Source of the DNA: Azolla caroliniana
Taxonomy: Eukaryota > Plantae > Polypodiophyta
Direction: 5' to 3'
Length of the DNA stretch: 64,000 nucleotides
Assembly: GCA_043228905.1 (NCBI GenBank)
Contig: JBHGNT010000008.1
Coordinates: 13,640,001 to 13,704,000 of the forward strand
Part shown: piece by piece, positions 1 through 11,800 of the stretch
Position numbering within the stretch: position 1 is the first letter of the stretch
Layout: every line of letters begins with the position of its first letter
Translations under genes and position numbers: made by a program
The notes under the pieces: generated by a model
Database searches by the model: none
Told to the model about the DNA's origin: nothing
What the model saw: only the letters and a program-made list of their open reading frames with translations

Positions 1-511
1 GGCGTCCCAAATATGGCTCAACAACTGATCGCCGATACTGGATGCAAAGCATTACATACCTCTACTTGCCACTTGTTCCCAAGTCGGGAAGTCCCTCTGT
101 GCCACATCAAGTGCCGTATCGTTAGCTCCGTCGACATAACTCCAGTGCCCGTGCAGGTACTGGTGCATCTTGTATAGACACAATTGACTCGTCCGGATAG
201 CTAAAGAATATAGACACAAGTTTAATAGAAACCTTACACGGGAGAGAAGGAGAGAGCAGAACAATAAAGTTAATTCAAAATAATAACGCTCTATACATAG
301 AATGTTCTCAGAGAGCACTTTTATAGAAGTCCTTATGGACTGATAGAAGTATTGACATGTACTTCAATGCTCATACGAGCGACTGACACCGACTCCCAAA
401 AATATGCCTACGTACTAGGCTAGATCCGTAGACCTCTAACAGCCTACCAATTACAATCCGGTCCGTCTCTTCGATGCATCTTTTTGTTCTGGATACCGAT
501 CCAGCTCTAGC
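1..511 (-). mobile_element. Ty1/copia element 5' part (partial LTR 175-511 plus gag fragment 1-174), running off the left edge
   Basis: 1-174 is the reverse complement of ~20127-20300 (gag YKMHQYLHGHWSYVDG). 175-342 is the reverse complement of ~19769-19935. 343-511 resembles the LTR at 37200-37675. The LTR end, PBS and gag start are deleted in this copy. Confidence 0.8.
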
Positions 512-947
512 TATCATGATATGGCAAGACTCGAACCCATGACCTTATGGTATATGGGTGGAGCTCTTAACCATCACACTATCTATTGTAACTCATAGGA
601 TATTATTTTCATTATAAGAAAGTAATGTATATTCCAGATTTCTCTGGAACATTCTTGAAGTTTCAGGATTACTCCTGACAACACTATAAAAGAAGGCACT
701 AGGCATTATGTTGAACCAAATTGGTTCAACGCCAGTCTTAAGCCTCACAGCCGCTTTGTACTTATCTTTTCACATAATATATTAGCTGCTGTCATCATCT
801 TTCTCTCTCTCTCATCCTCGCTATCTCTCTCTCTCTCCTCTTCTCACTTCCTCTCTCGGGAATCTTACGCAGTCCCGTCCTCTTAGTACTAATAGTACTA
901 CACTTGTTAGTACTAATTCCATCTCTGCTTTAGTACTATTCCTCACA
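512..947 (+). repeat. 5' LTR of chromovirus
   Basis: Direct repeat of 5815-6237. TATAAA at 685-690. Confidence 0.95.
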
Positions 948-1021
948 GTTTGAACCAATTTCTTCCTTTCCTCCAACCTACTTGTCGTTCTCCCTCATCC
1001 TCCTACCCTTTTCCCTATACT

Positions 1022-2179
1022 ATGGCTACTATTAGCGCCCAAGAATATCAATCCGTTTTCTCCGAGTTATAGTGCCTAAAAGAAAAGTTTGTTGCCCTAG
1101 AACAAGAAAACCAACGGTTGATAGGGGATCTGCAACAAATCGCTCTCGAAAAACAACAAACGCAAAAACAACATGGGGAGTTAGAATTACGGGTACAACA
1201 ACTCGAAGCAGCGTTGCAACAACAAGGATCAAGTCCCCAAGGATTTCATAAAGAGCCCAAGATTGGACTTCCTGTGAAATTTGATGGAACGGGATCGCAA
1301 TTCTGGGGATTCCTTAATCAGGTACGCTTAGTCATCCAGATGCATCCTTCCCGATATCCCACTGATGCATCTCGAGTCGGCCTAATAGGCACGTTACTTA
1401 GCGGCTCCGCCTTGGCATGGTTCGTTCCGCTTCTAGAAAAACAATCACCCTTGCTTAATAACTTTGAAGATTTTATTGGTGAGTTTAAAGCCTGCTTTGG
1501 AGATACCGACAGCATCAGGATGGCGATCAACAAGATCCGAAGATTGCGTCAAGGCGATCGTCCAGCCTCTGCCTACGCGGCAGATTTCCGTCTACTCGCC
1601 TCAGATATTCCCTGGGATGATCAGGCCCTCATGGATCAGTTTCGCTACGGCTTGCGCAATGATGTCAAAGATCTGCTTTTAACCTTCCCCGAAGAACCAA
1701 AGTCTCTTACGGAGGCAATCAGTCGAGCGGTCCGATGCGACAACCGCCTTTTCGAACGGCGTTCGGAGCGTCAATTACAAATACCACGCTCTCGGCCGGA
1801 ACCCACATACGCCTCAGTCACGGCTAAACCGTTTGCACGTGATGTACCCCAAGCCAATATTCCGACACCGATGGAGATCGACACCATGCGTCGACGCGGC
1901 CCGTTATCGGAAGAAGAAAAGCAACGACGACGTGCCAATTGATTATGTCTTTATTGCGGTGGACCAGGGCATATCGCCATCAATTGTCCCCATAAGCCAA
2001 GAAGACAGGTAAATCAAATCGTCGCTTGTACTAAACCCGAGTCAATTCTTCCCTTCGGAGTGTCTGATAGTATTAATAGTACTAATAGAGTGTCAGATAG
2101 TATTCATAGTACTAATATCCCAAGTATCTCAAACAAATTTGAAATCCTTAGTCAATTAGATGAAGAGTTAAACGATTGA
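1022..2179 (+). pseudogene. gag: gag (retrotransposon gag domain, CCHC knuckle) with premature stops
   Basis: ATG 1022 is in frame with ORF 1118-1942. TAG near 1070 and TGA at 1940 interrupt it. The frame continues LCLYCGGPGHIAINC to TGA 2177-2179. Confidence 0.85.
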
Positions 2180-5100
2180 GTCCAGCCAAAATAGGAGCTG
2201 TTTGGTTGGACAGCAGCCCTAGATCAGTACAGCCCATTAGTAGTTCCATTCCTTCCAAGCAAGTTAGCAATGTGTTCCTAGCCCAAGTAATTGTTAGTAC
2301 TAAAAGTACTCCCCTAGTACCCGTCCTAGCACTCTTAGATTCCGGAGCTAATTACTGTTTCATGGATCGAAATTTTGCCGAAGCTTCTTAGATATCCCTA
2401 AGAAAACTTCCTTGTCTCGCATTTGTAGTAGTCATTGATGGTTGTCCCATTGCTTCCGGGAATATTGTAGACGAATCAGAACCCATTGAAGTTGTCCTAG
2501 GTAGTTCTGTGTGTGTAATATTATTTAATATAATTAGTAGTCCAGAGCATCCCATTGTCCTAGGATTACCTTGGTTTGAATTACATAATCCAGCCATAGA
2601 TTGGAGAACAAGAGAAGTCTGATATCGACCACCCCAAGAATCTACTCACCGAGTTTCGACCATTTCACTCCATCAATTACGCGAAGAAGGACACAAGGAG
2701 GCAATGTTCCTATTTGCAATATCAATACATCCTTCCAGCACTATTAAGAAGGACTCCTCAGTACAACTTCCGGCAAAATATCATCCTTATGCCGATGTAT
2801 TTGACAAGGTAAAAGCCGGTACCCTTTCTCATCACCATCCCTATGACTGTCCCATCGATTTACAACCAGGAACCGAGCCACCATGGGGACCAATTTACAA
2901 CTTGTCACCCACCGAGTTAGAAGTCCTTCGAGCCTACATAGAGGAGAACTTGGCAAGCGGGTTCATCCGTCATTCGAAATCTCCGGCGGGTGCACCCATC
3001 TTCTTTGTCAAGAAGAAAGATGGCTCACTTCGTCTCGTCGTTGATTACCACGGATTGAATAAGGTCACCATCCGGAATAGGTATGCACTTCCTCTTATAT
3101 CAAGTCTTTTAGAGCGAGTTAATGGTGCCAAGTTTTTTACCAAAATCGATCTACGAGGAGCATATAACCTCGTGCAGATCCGACCAGGAGATGAATGGAA
3201 GACCGCCTTTCGCACGCGGTATGGGCATTTCGAGTATACTGTTATGCCGTTCGGCCTAACCAATGCACCCGCAGTCTTCCAACACATGGCAAATGATATA
3301 TTCAGAGACCTCTTGGATATCTGCTTGATCATCTATCTTGATGATCTATTGATTTATTCGAAGACCTCTTGGATATCTGTTTGATCATCTATCTTGATGA
3401 TCTATTGATTTATTCGAAGACCCAGCAAGAGCACGATTCTCACGTACTATTAGTACTAAAGCGACTCCGCGAGAATGGTCTTTATGCCAAGCTAGAAAAA
3501 TGTAGCTTTGACTGCAAGGAAGTGGAATTTCTAGGCTACGTCATCTCCTCAAAGGGCATTGCCATGGATCCAGCTAAAGTCCAAACTGTACTAGAGTGGC
3601 AAATTCCACGGTCGGTACGAGATGTACAATGTTTTCTAGGTTTTGCTAACTTCTACCGTAAGTTTATACAGGATTACTCGAAGATTATCCTACCCCTCAC
3701 ACAACTTACGAAGAAGGGCCAAGCATTTCTTTGGTCCATTGAAGCAGATATGGCGTTTCAGCATCTTAAGAAAGCCTTTACATCAGCACCGATTCTAGGT
3801 CATGTGGATACTAGCAAACCATTCATCATGGAGGCCGATGCTTCAGATTTCGCCCTCGGTAGCATCCTTTCTCAACAAGGACATAAAGAAGAGTTGCATC
3901 CGGTGGCTTTCCATTCGCGCAAATTCGATGTTGCGGAAATCAACTATGAAATACATACAAGGAGTTATTAGCCATCGTGGATTCATTTGTGCAATGGTGG
4001 CATTTCTTAGAGGGCTCTCCACATTAGGTCGTTGTCTTTAGTGATCATTAAAATCTTGCTTATTTCCAGAACGCTCGCGTACTAAATCGACGGCAAGCTC
4101 GGTGGGCGCAATTCCTCACGCGTTTCGACTTCAAAATCACATATCGACCGGGGAAGCATCAAGGAAAAGCAGATGCACTATCACGGCGTTCATATCTTGC
4201 ACCTCGTCCTGGTGATCCAACATTTGATAATCAAAAGCAAGTAATCTTGGGACCAACACGATTGCACACGACGCGGATTTTTCTCACCCCGATGGATTCA
4301 CGGATTACCGATGACATACGTGCAAACTTGAAGACAGATAGTTTTGCTCAAGACATCCTGGCGCACATTGATACTTCTCGGGCATCCTGTTCTCAGTCTC
4401 ACCAACCAGGTATTGACTACCGACAATTTGAATATCATGATGGTTTGTTATTCTTTAAAAAGCGCGTATATGTCCCCGATTGCTCCTATCGCCTTCAAAT
4501 CGTCCAGCATTGTCACGACACCCATACAGCGGGACATTTCGGTAGTACTAAGACATTGGAGCTAGTGCAACGATCTTTTTGGTGGCCCCACATGCGCCGT
4601 TTTGTCGACGACTACGTTCGGACCTGTGATGCTTGCTGCTGAGCAAAGATGCCACAACACCATCCATATGGCTTGTTGGAACCCTTACCGATTCCAAGTA
4701 AGTCGTGGCAATCTATTTGTCTTGATTTTATCACAGATCTGCCGGTCTCGCAGGGGTTCGATGCTATTTTAACCGTCGTCGATTGATATACGAAGATGGC
4801 ACATTTTGTTCCGTGTACTAAGGCCATCACTAGCGAGGAAACCGCCGCCCTAGTCATGCATGAGGTATTTCGGCATCATGGCCTCCCAGACAGTATCATC
4901 AGTGACCGAGGACCGCAATTTGTCTCCAAATTTTGGTAGCATCTCTTCAAGATGGTCAAGGTCTCTTGCAACCTCTTCTCCGGCTACCATCCTCAGACCA
5001 ATGGGCAGGCAGAACGAACAAACCAAACGCTGGAGCAATATCTCTAGTGTTTCCGGAGTTATCAACAGGACGATTGGCCCGAGATTCTCCACTTTGCGGA

Positions 5101-5803
5101 GTTTGCGTATAATAATGATGTTCACTCCTCGACTCGAGTCTCCCCATTCTACGCTTATACCGGTTCTCATCATCGCTGGTCGGTGATCAACACCCCTGAG
5201 CTACCTACCAATCCTCGTGCCGGGGATCATTTGGAGAGACTACACAAGATCCAGACAGATCTCTCGACTCATCTTCGTCATGCTCAACAGACACAGAAGA
5301 CTTACGCGGATCGTCATCGGCTTCCCTCCTCTTTTGCCATCGGAGATCGAGTATGGCTCTTACGTCGTCACATCAAGACTACTCGACCGTGCGACAAGTT
5401 GGATTATCGACGACTCGGTCCTTTCCGTATCACGGGTAAAGTTAATGATGTCACATTCCTCCTTGATCTCCCTCCGCAGCTTCAGATACATCCGGTTTTC
5501 CATTGTTCTCTTCTTGAACCTTATAAAGCAAACACCATTCCCGATCGTGTTATACCACCGCCGCCCCCGCTGGAGTTGGACGCCGGCTCGGAGTATGAAG
5601 TTGTGGCCATCCTCGATTCCAAACTTATTCACAACAAACTTTATTATTTGGTGGATTGGGTTGGTTATAGTCCGAGCGAACGCACTTGGGAACCCGTCGA
5701 GCATGTTGCCAATGCTCAGGATCTACTTGCTGATTTTCACCGAAAGTATCCGGACAAACCCGGTCCGCAGTCAGCACCGACTCGTTCCACTTGTCGTCTT
5801 TAA
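2170..5803 (+). pseudogene. pol: pol (PR-RT-RNaseH-IN-chromodomain) in the -1 frame relative to gag, multiply disrupted
   Basis: ORFs 2176, 2704, 3369, 4247 and 5183 carry [33 protein letters not shown], the HHCC region (H..TAGHFG...CDAC), LGPF and the chromodomain YEVVAILDS...YLVDWVGY..SERTWEP. Confidence 0.92.
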
Positions 5804-5814
5804 GGGGGAGATAG

Positions 5815-6237
5815 TGTCATGATATGGCAAGACTCGAACCCATGACCTTATGGTATATGGGTCGAGCTCTTAACCATCACACCATCTATTGTAATTCATA
5901 GGATATTATTTTCATTTATGTTTTATTATAAGAAAGTAATGTATATTCCAAATTTCTCTGGAACATTCTAGAAGTTTCAGGATTACTCCTGACAACACTA
6001 TAAAAGAAGGCACTAGGCATTATGTTGAACCAAATTGGTTCAACACCAGTCTTAAGCCTCTCAGCTGCTTTGTACTTATCTTTTCACATAATATATTAGT
6101 TGTTGTCATCATCTATCTCTCTCTCTCCTCTTCTCACTTCCTCTCTCGGGAATCTCACGCAGTCCCGTCCTCTTAGTACTAATAGTACTACTCTTCTTAC
6201 TACTAATTCCATCTCTACTTTAGTACTATTCCTAACA
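5815..6237 (+). repeat. 3' LTR of chromovirus
   Basis: Follows the PPT, has TG...CA ends, and repeats 512-947. Confidence 0.95.
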
Positions 6238-8830
6238 GTATCCTATTTCTCCATCTGTTCCATAACTGAGGAAAATACATTTCTTGGACCTTGGTGCAAG
6301 TTTGCGGTGATCATCTTTCGGGATGAGAGGGTACGCCTCACATCCGAAAATGCTCAGCTTGTCGTAATTCGGCTTACTACCGATCCATAGTTCTTGAGGG
6401 ATCCAAAGTTCTAGAGGCCTACTCATCGAATTATTGATTATGTGTACAGCCGTAAGTAGGGCCTCTGCCCAGAAGCCATCCGACAGTCCGGAGTGTTGGA
6501 GCATGGAAACTATCCTTTCTTGAATTGTCTAATTCATTCGCTCGACAATTCCATTCTGCTCCGGACTGTGGGGTGTCGTAAATTCACATCTGATGCCATG
6601 TTGTCGACAAAATTTGACGAATTCCTCTGATTTGAAATCTCCCCCGTTATCGGTCCGAAAGCATTTCAATTTTCGGCTGGACTGATTCTCAACCATGGAG
6701 AGCCAATCGGAAAAGATCGAGAAAACACAATCTTTGGTTTTGATCGGATAAGCCCACACCTTCCGAGTCGAGTCATCAATGAAGCTGACGAAATACAGAG
6801 TGCCACCGAGGGATTGATGTGGCATAGGACCACATTAGTCCGAGTGGACCAAATCGAGCAGACTCGATTCTCTCGGGGCAGATGAAGGGTGTGTTACGGC
6901 TATCTGCTTACCGTATTGGCAATGCAAAACTGATGATCTGAGAAGGAGGGTTTGGGGATGTATCCAACTCGAGATAAGTGTGTGATGCCGACCTTGCTGA
7001 GGTGTCCGAGTCTCCGTGCTAGAGTGATGACACGGGAATGTCAACCAAAAACAAGTCACCCTCTCTAAGTGTGACGTGCAAAGGATACAATGAGTGTATC
7101 TTTGGTCCTCGAGCAAGCAGGAGGTTCCCTCTATGGAGCGTCCACCCTCCTAATGAGAAGCCAGCACGGATGCCGTCTGAGATCAGTGGTCGTGAGAGCT
7201 CAGGTACATGTCGGACATTGCGTAGTACTAATGTAGAGCCACCCGCAAGGTTGAGCTATACGGTGCCCATACCAATTATGTCGCAATGTTGCGAATTTCC
7301 TACCCGAACTGAGTCGGAATGTCAGGCAGTGTATTGCCGAAATTGGGATCAATGAGGAGTCACATGAATGGACGCACCCGAATCTAAGAGCCACATGCTT
7401 GATTCTGCAGTCATAAGCAGAACTTTTGATTCGACTGAGTTCTCAATTGATAGTATATTCGGGTCATTTGTCAATACTTTGGCCGAAGAGCCGATGTAGT
7501 TGAACTCCTCGTGCCGGTCACTCTTCTGCTCGGCTCGCTAAGCCTTATCGTTTTTGGCCTTCAGTGCACGGCAGTCGGCTTTGATGTGTCCAGGTTTCTT
7601 GTAGTAGTTGCAGACTTGATTATCCCAGGACTTGCTCCGACTTCGTTGATTATTTGACTGCCGTGAAGAACTTCTTCCACGGTTGTTCGATCGGTCGGTC
7701 GAACCTTGTATTATTTAAGCATTGTTGGCTGAATCGTTAGCAAACCGAATGGTAGCTCTGACGATTCTGTCGAGCTTTTCCCATTCAAGCAACTTGTATC
7801 CTTCTAGAGGGTCTCATCTCAATGGGGTCAATTTGCCCCTTGACTATTAAATAGTCTTGCATCTGCTCCTTCCAGAAGTTGAAGTTCGATCCGTCGAACT
7901 TCCTTAGACTCATTTCTGACGAGCCGTATGTTGAAGCCATCTGTGTTGGCATAATAGACTTTATCCGGAGTTAGCTACGAACTGTGATGGAGTGTTGGAG
8001 CTTGGCTCACTCAATACCGTTCTAGCCGAAGTTGGACACAAGTCGTGTTGATTACGAATATCAATGAATCCTGTTCAGAGTGACTACTATCAACTGACAT
8101 AGTCGAGTTGAACCCGAATTTGATGATTCAATTTTTCCGAAATTTCTCAACACGAATTATATGCAATACTCCAGGCTGATCTTGTTTCGGTTAACGGAAA
8201 CGATGAGAGGGACGGATCCAACTGGTCCTCCCGAATGTCATTCAGTCGAATGAAACACATATTGGGGTTGCCCTTGGAGTCGTGTTTGCTTCAAGTGACT
8301 ACGGCGAGTAGGAGAAAAGCGTCAGATGACCTATTTGATTTCCGCCTAGCCAAGTGAAGCAACGATTTGGCCTAGTCAAGATAGAAGTTTCACTCCGAGT
8401 GGCTACAATCACACAACCAAGAGTGACCTAGAATGGTAGAGTGCAGACTTCGTCATGTTTCTCTTTGCGTAAACAATCTTGTTGTTGCTTGCTTGTCGAG
8501 ATCAGCTAAGATCTTCAGGATACACAAACAAGAGTTGTCGATGGAGACTAGATAGAAGGCGGCAGCAAAATCAAACAGACAACCATGTTGTGATACCAGA
8601 TGTTGGGAACACCACCATCTAATGCAGAACTCAGTCGACCCTCTCTATTTGAAGATCATAAGATTATGTACAAACGAAGAAAGATCAATGGCAACATGAG
8701 CCGAAAACAAGATGCAACAAGTACACAACAGAGAATTAGAGACAGGTAAGCACAATGTCAACGAAGTTTATTTCAACCTTTTACAAAATGAGCAACCACA
8801 CGTAACTACGTTACAAAGTCAGTTTATATA
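6238..8830 (-). mobile_element. Truncated Ty1/copia element (partial 5' LTR ~8601-8830, PBS, gag, protease, integrase)
   Basis: tgatacca at 8591-8598 is the reverse complement of the tRNAiMet PBS start. gag KFDGSNFNFWK near 7900. Integrase LYFVSFIDDSTRKVW, RTDNGG, PEQNGIVERMN, FWAEA. Cut at 6238 by the chromovirus LTR. Confidence 0.88.
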
Positions 8831-11800
8831 TTGACCGGGATCGGATGGGTCATCAACCAAGTCGACTCGGATGGTTTGCGATATCCGATCCATTTCGGAG
8901 CAAAACTTCTCAACGAAAGACAACAGGGATATGCACAAGTTAAAAGAGAATTATGGGGAGTCGTGTCAGCGATAAGATCAAATCGAGATTATTTTATCAG
9001 AGCCGAAGTAGTGATCGAAACTTATTGTCTTCCGATAGTCGGCATGATGTGGTGTTGTACGATACCGGATATGGCTATGCTAAGATGGATTGCATATGTA
9101 AAGTCGCTTAATCCGGAGGTACGACACATCTTTGGAAAAGACAATGCAATAGTGGATATGTTGTCAAGGGCACGGTTCGGAGACGACATAGCCGAATCTG
9201 ATAATGAAGAAGCTTCCGAAAACTACTTTACTTCAGAGCACATTTGTCGGGTGAATGTAATCCGAGAATTTCGGGAAGCTGAATACGAGGGAGAAAGCCT
9301 GATGATCGGGAAGGTGCTACAAGAAATCGAGGAATCATTGGACAATATGGAAAAGAGAGCCGAGATCCGAAGTAAGAAGCGGCAAGTCCGGAAGTTCTTC
9401 TTGAACAATGGATTAATCTGGAGGGAGCCGAAAAGACCGAATGGCATAGTACCACTGTGGGTAGTCGGAACAAAAGAGCAATGAAATCCAATAATATCCG
9501 AATTTCACAAATCCGATTGGGCTAGACATCGGGGAACATGGGCAACATTTGCGAAGATCAAGCAAAAATATTGGTGGAAGAATATGTATAAAGATGTACC
9601 GGAGTTCACAGGAGCTGCGAGAAATGCCAAATCTACTCCGGAGTTCAACACCAAGATGAATTACATCTGACATTCTCACTGACAATCAACTTCAAATGGA
9701 TGATTGACATTGTGGCCATGCCAACCGGGATCAGACAAAAGAAGTACTTGCTCGGGAAGATTCGACGAACCAAGTAGAAGGTCAGGCGCTACGGAAGAAG
9801 ACACGTTCTGCAGTATGCCAATTTCTCTTGGAAGAAGTGTTCTGCAAGTATGGGTGCGTAGGACGAGTGATTGCGGATCGGGGAGAACTTGACTCTAATA
9901 AAGCTAGGGAATTCTTCGCCAAACATGGTGTACGGTTAACACTGACCACGGCATACAATCTGGAAGCCAACAGGAAGATCGAACGAGGACTGTCATAGTC
10001 TAATCGTTAAAGCATTTGCAAAAGCATGGGATAGAAGGGTGAAGAATTGACCGCAGATGCTTCCGTATGCACTATGGGTAGATCGCACAACGCATAGTTC
10101 CGTGACTAGTTATATGCCAGCGGAACTTATGACCAGCCAAGCACCGGTAATGTTGGCAGAAACCGCAATTGCGATATGGACAGTTCTGTCATGGAAGGAA
10201 GAGATGAGCCGGGAAGAGCTATTAGCGGTTCAGATACAACAACTAGAGAGAAGATCGGAAGACATAGCGGAAGCAATACGCCGACAACAAGAACCACGGT
10301 TCCGCAACAAAAGGCAATTTGACACAAAGCACCGTCTACGACCACAGAAGATTGAAGAAGGAGATTGGGTGATAGTCTATGACAGTAGTTTGGATCATCA
10401 ACACACAACGATCTAGAAATTTGCTAAAAGGTGGTTCGTGTTGGGAATATGTCCCTGTAGTGGGAGGAAGAACCGACTGATCGGAAAGCCGACAATCGAT
10501 GACAGGGAAGATCCGATTGTTCGGAAAGCCGACAGTGGAAAAGTCGAAAACAGTGAATTGATTGTTTGAAGATTCAACTATTATTATTATTATAGTAATA
10601 ATAATAATGATGATGTATGGAAACAGGTCCCTCTAGATGGGAAAGAGAGAGGAGCCGAGTTGATGAGTGACTCAGTCGAGGCCGATAGGCCAAGGCCGAA
10701 ACCGGAATCGTGTAAATAGCCAACTCGGGTGACTATACTTGTAAATAGTATAAGTGTGCGCCCCATGAGGGCTACGTATGTAAATAGCCAGAAAGTTGTG
10801 TAAGTATATATACAACTAGGGCAAACTTTATGTGTGTGCAGAAGTTGTAGAACGCAAGAGAGTGTGAGAGAGAAAAGTGTGAGCCGCGCCATAGCTGTGT
10901 GAGTAACAGCAGACGCGAAGAGCCCTGTGCGGTTGATGCACTCGTGAGAGAGTGTTGTAATCTTCTCGCTATTGTATATCCACTATTTTGTATAGTGAAG
11001 AATCTATTCCCGTGGTTTTTCCCATTTTAGGGTTTCCATGTAAATCTCTGTGTATACATCAGATGTTTAACTTGTCTTTCTGGCATTTCTTGTGATTCGT
11101 ATTTCAGCGCATGATTTATTTATTGTGATCTATTCCGCATCGATTTCTCAACAATCTGTTATCAAAGCTTGAGGTGCAAGCATGGAAGGAGGTGTGAGCG
11201 GATTCCCAGGTATGATAGTTCTAAACTCTCAGAACTATGCAAACTGGAAGATCAAAATGGAAGACCTTCTCATAGTAAAAGACCTATACGAGCCAGTCGA
11301 CAGAGCAGAAATACCGAGGGGGGTATTGGAGTCAGACTAGAAGCTTCTGAATAGGAAGGTGGTGGCCACAATCCGACAATCTGTCGATGTAAGTGTCCTT
11401 CAGCATGTGGCGAACGACACGAATGCCCACGAGATGTGGCAAAAGTTGTCGGGTCTGTACGAGAGGAAGAACGCGCTAAACAGAACCTCGCTAATGAGGA
11501 AAATCATATGGCTGAAATACAGAGACGGTGAGAGCATCGTCGAACACATTAGCACGTTCATGGGGTATGTGAATCAACTTTCAGCGACCAAGTTTCCCTT
11601 GGATGACACAATACAGGCCATCCTATTGATGTGCACACTACCGGAAAGCTGGGAGAACCTGGTGATTACTCTCAGCACCTCCTATCAAGAAGAGAACTTG
11701 TCTTTACAGACGGTGAAGACAAGCATCCTAAACGAGGAGGCAAGGAGGAAAGACAAAGTCCAATCCTGTCCCAAATGGAGTCGAATCTGACTCAACACAT

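Larger units (their letters stand above)
512..6237 (+). mobile_element. Full-length degenerate Ty3/gypsy chromovirus (Tcn1/Tf1-sushi-like)
   Basis: LTRs at 512-947 and 5815-6237 (t[a/g]tcatgat...cct[c/a]aca). PPT aagggggagatag 5802-5814. Order is gag, protease (LLDSGA), RT (YLDD), RNase H, integrase, chromodomain. Flanks ctagc/gtatc do not form a TSD. Confidence 0.95.

Noticed and set aside
515-590. Functional tRNA gene
   Set aside because: Acceptor, D and anticodon stems do not pair. Only promoter boxes and spacing are tRNA-like.
1940-1942. Programmed stop read-through in gag
   Set aside because: More simply a CGA>TGA deamination just before the zinc knuckle. The two copies share it because of duplication.
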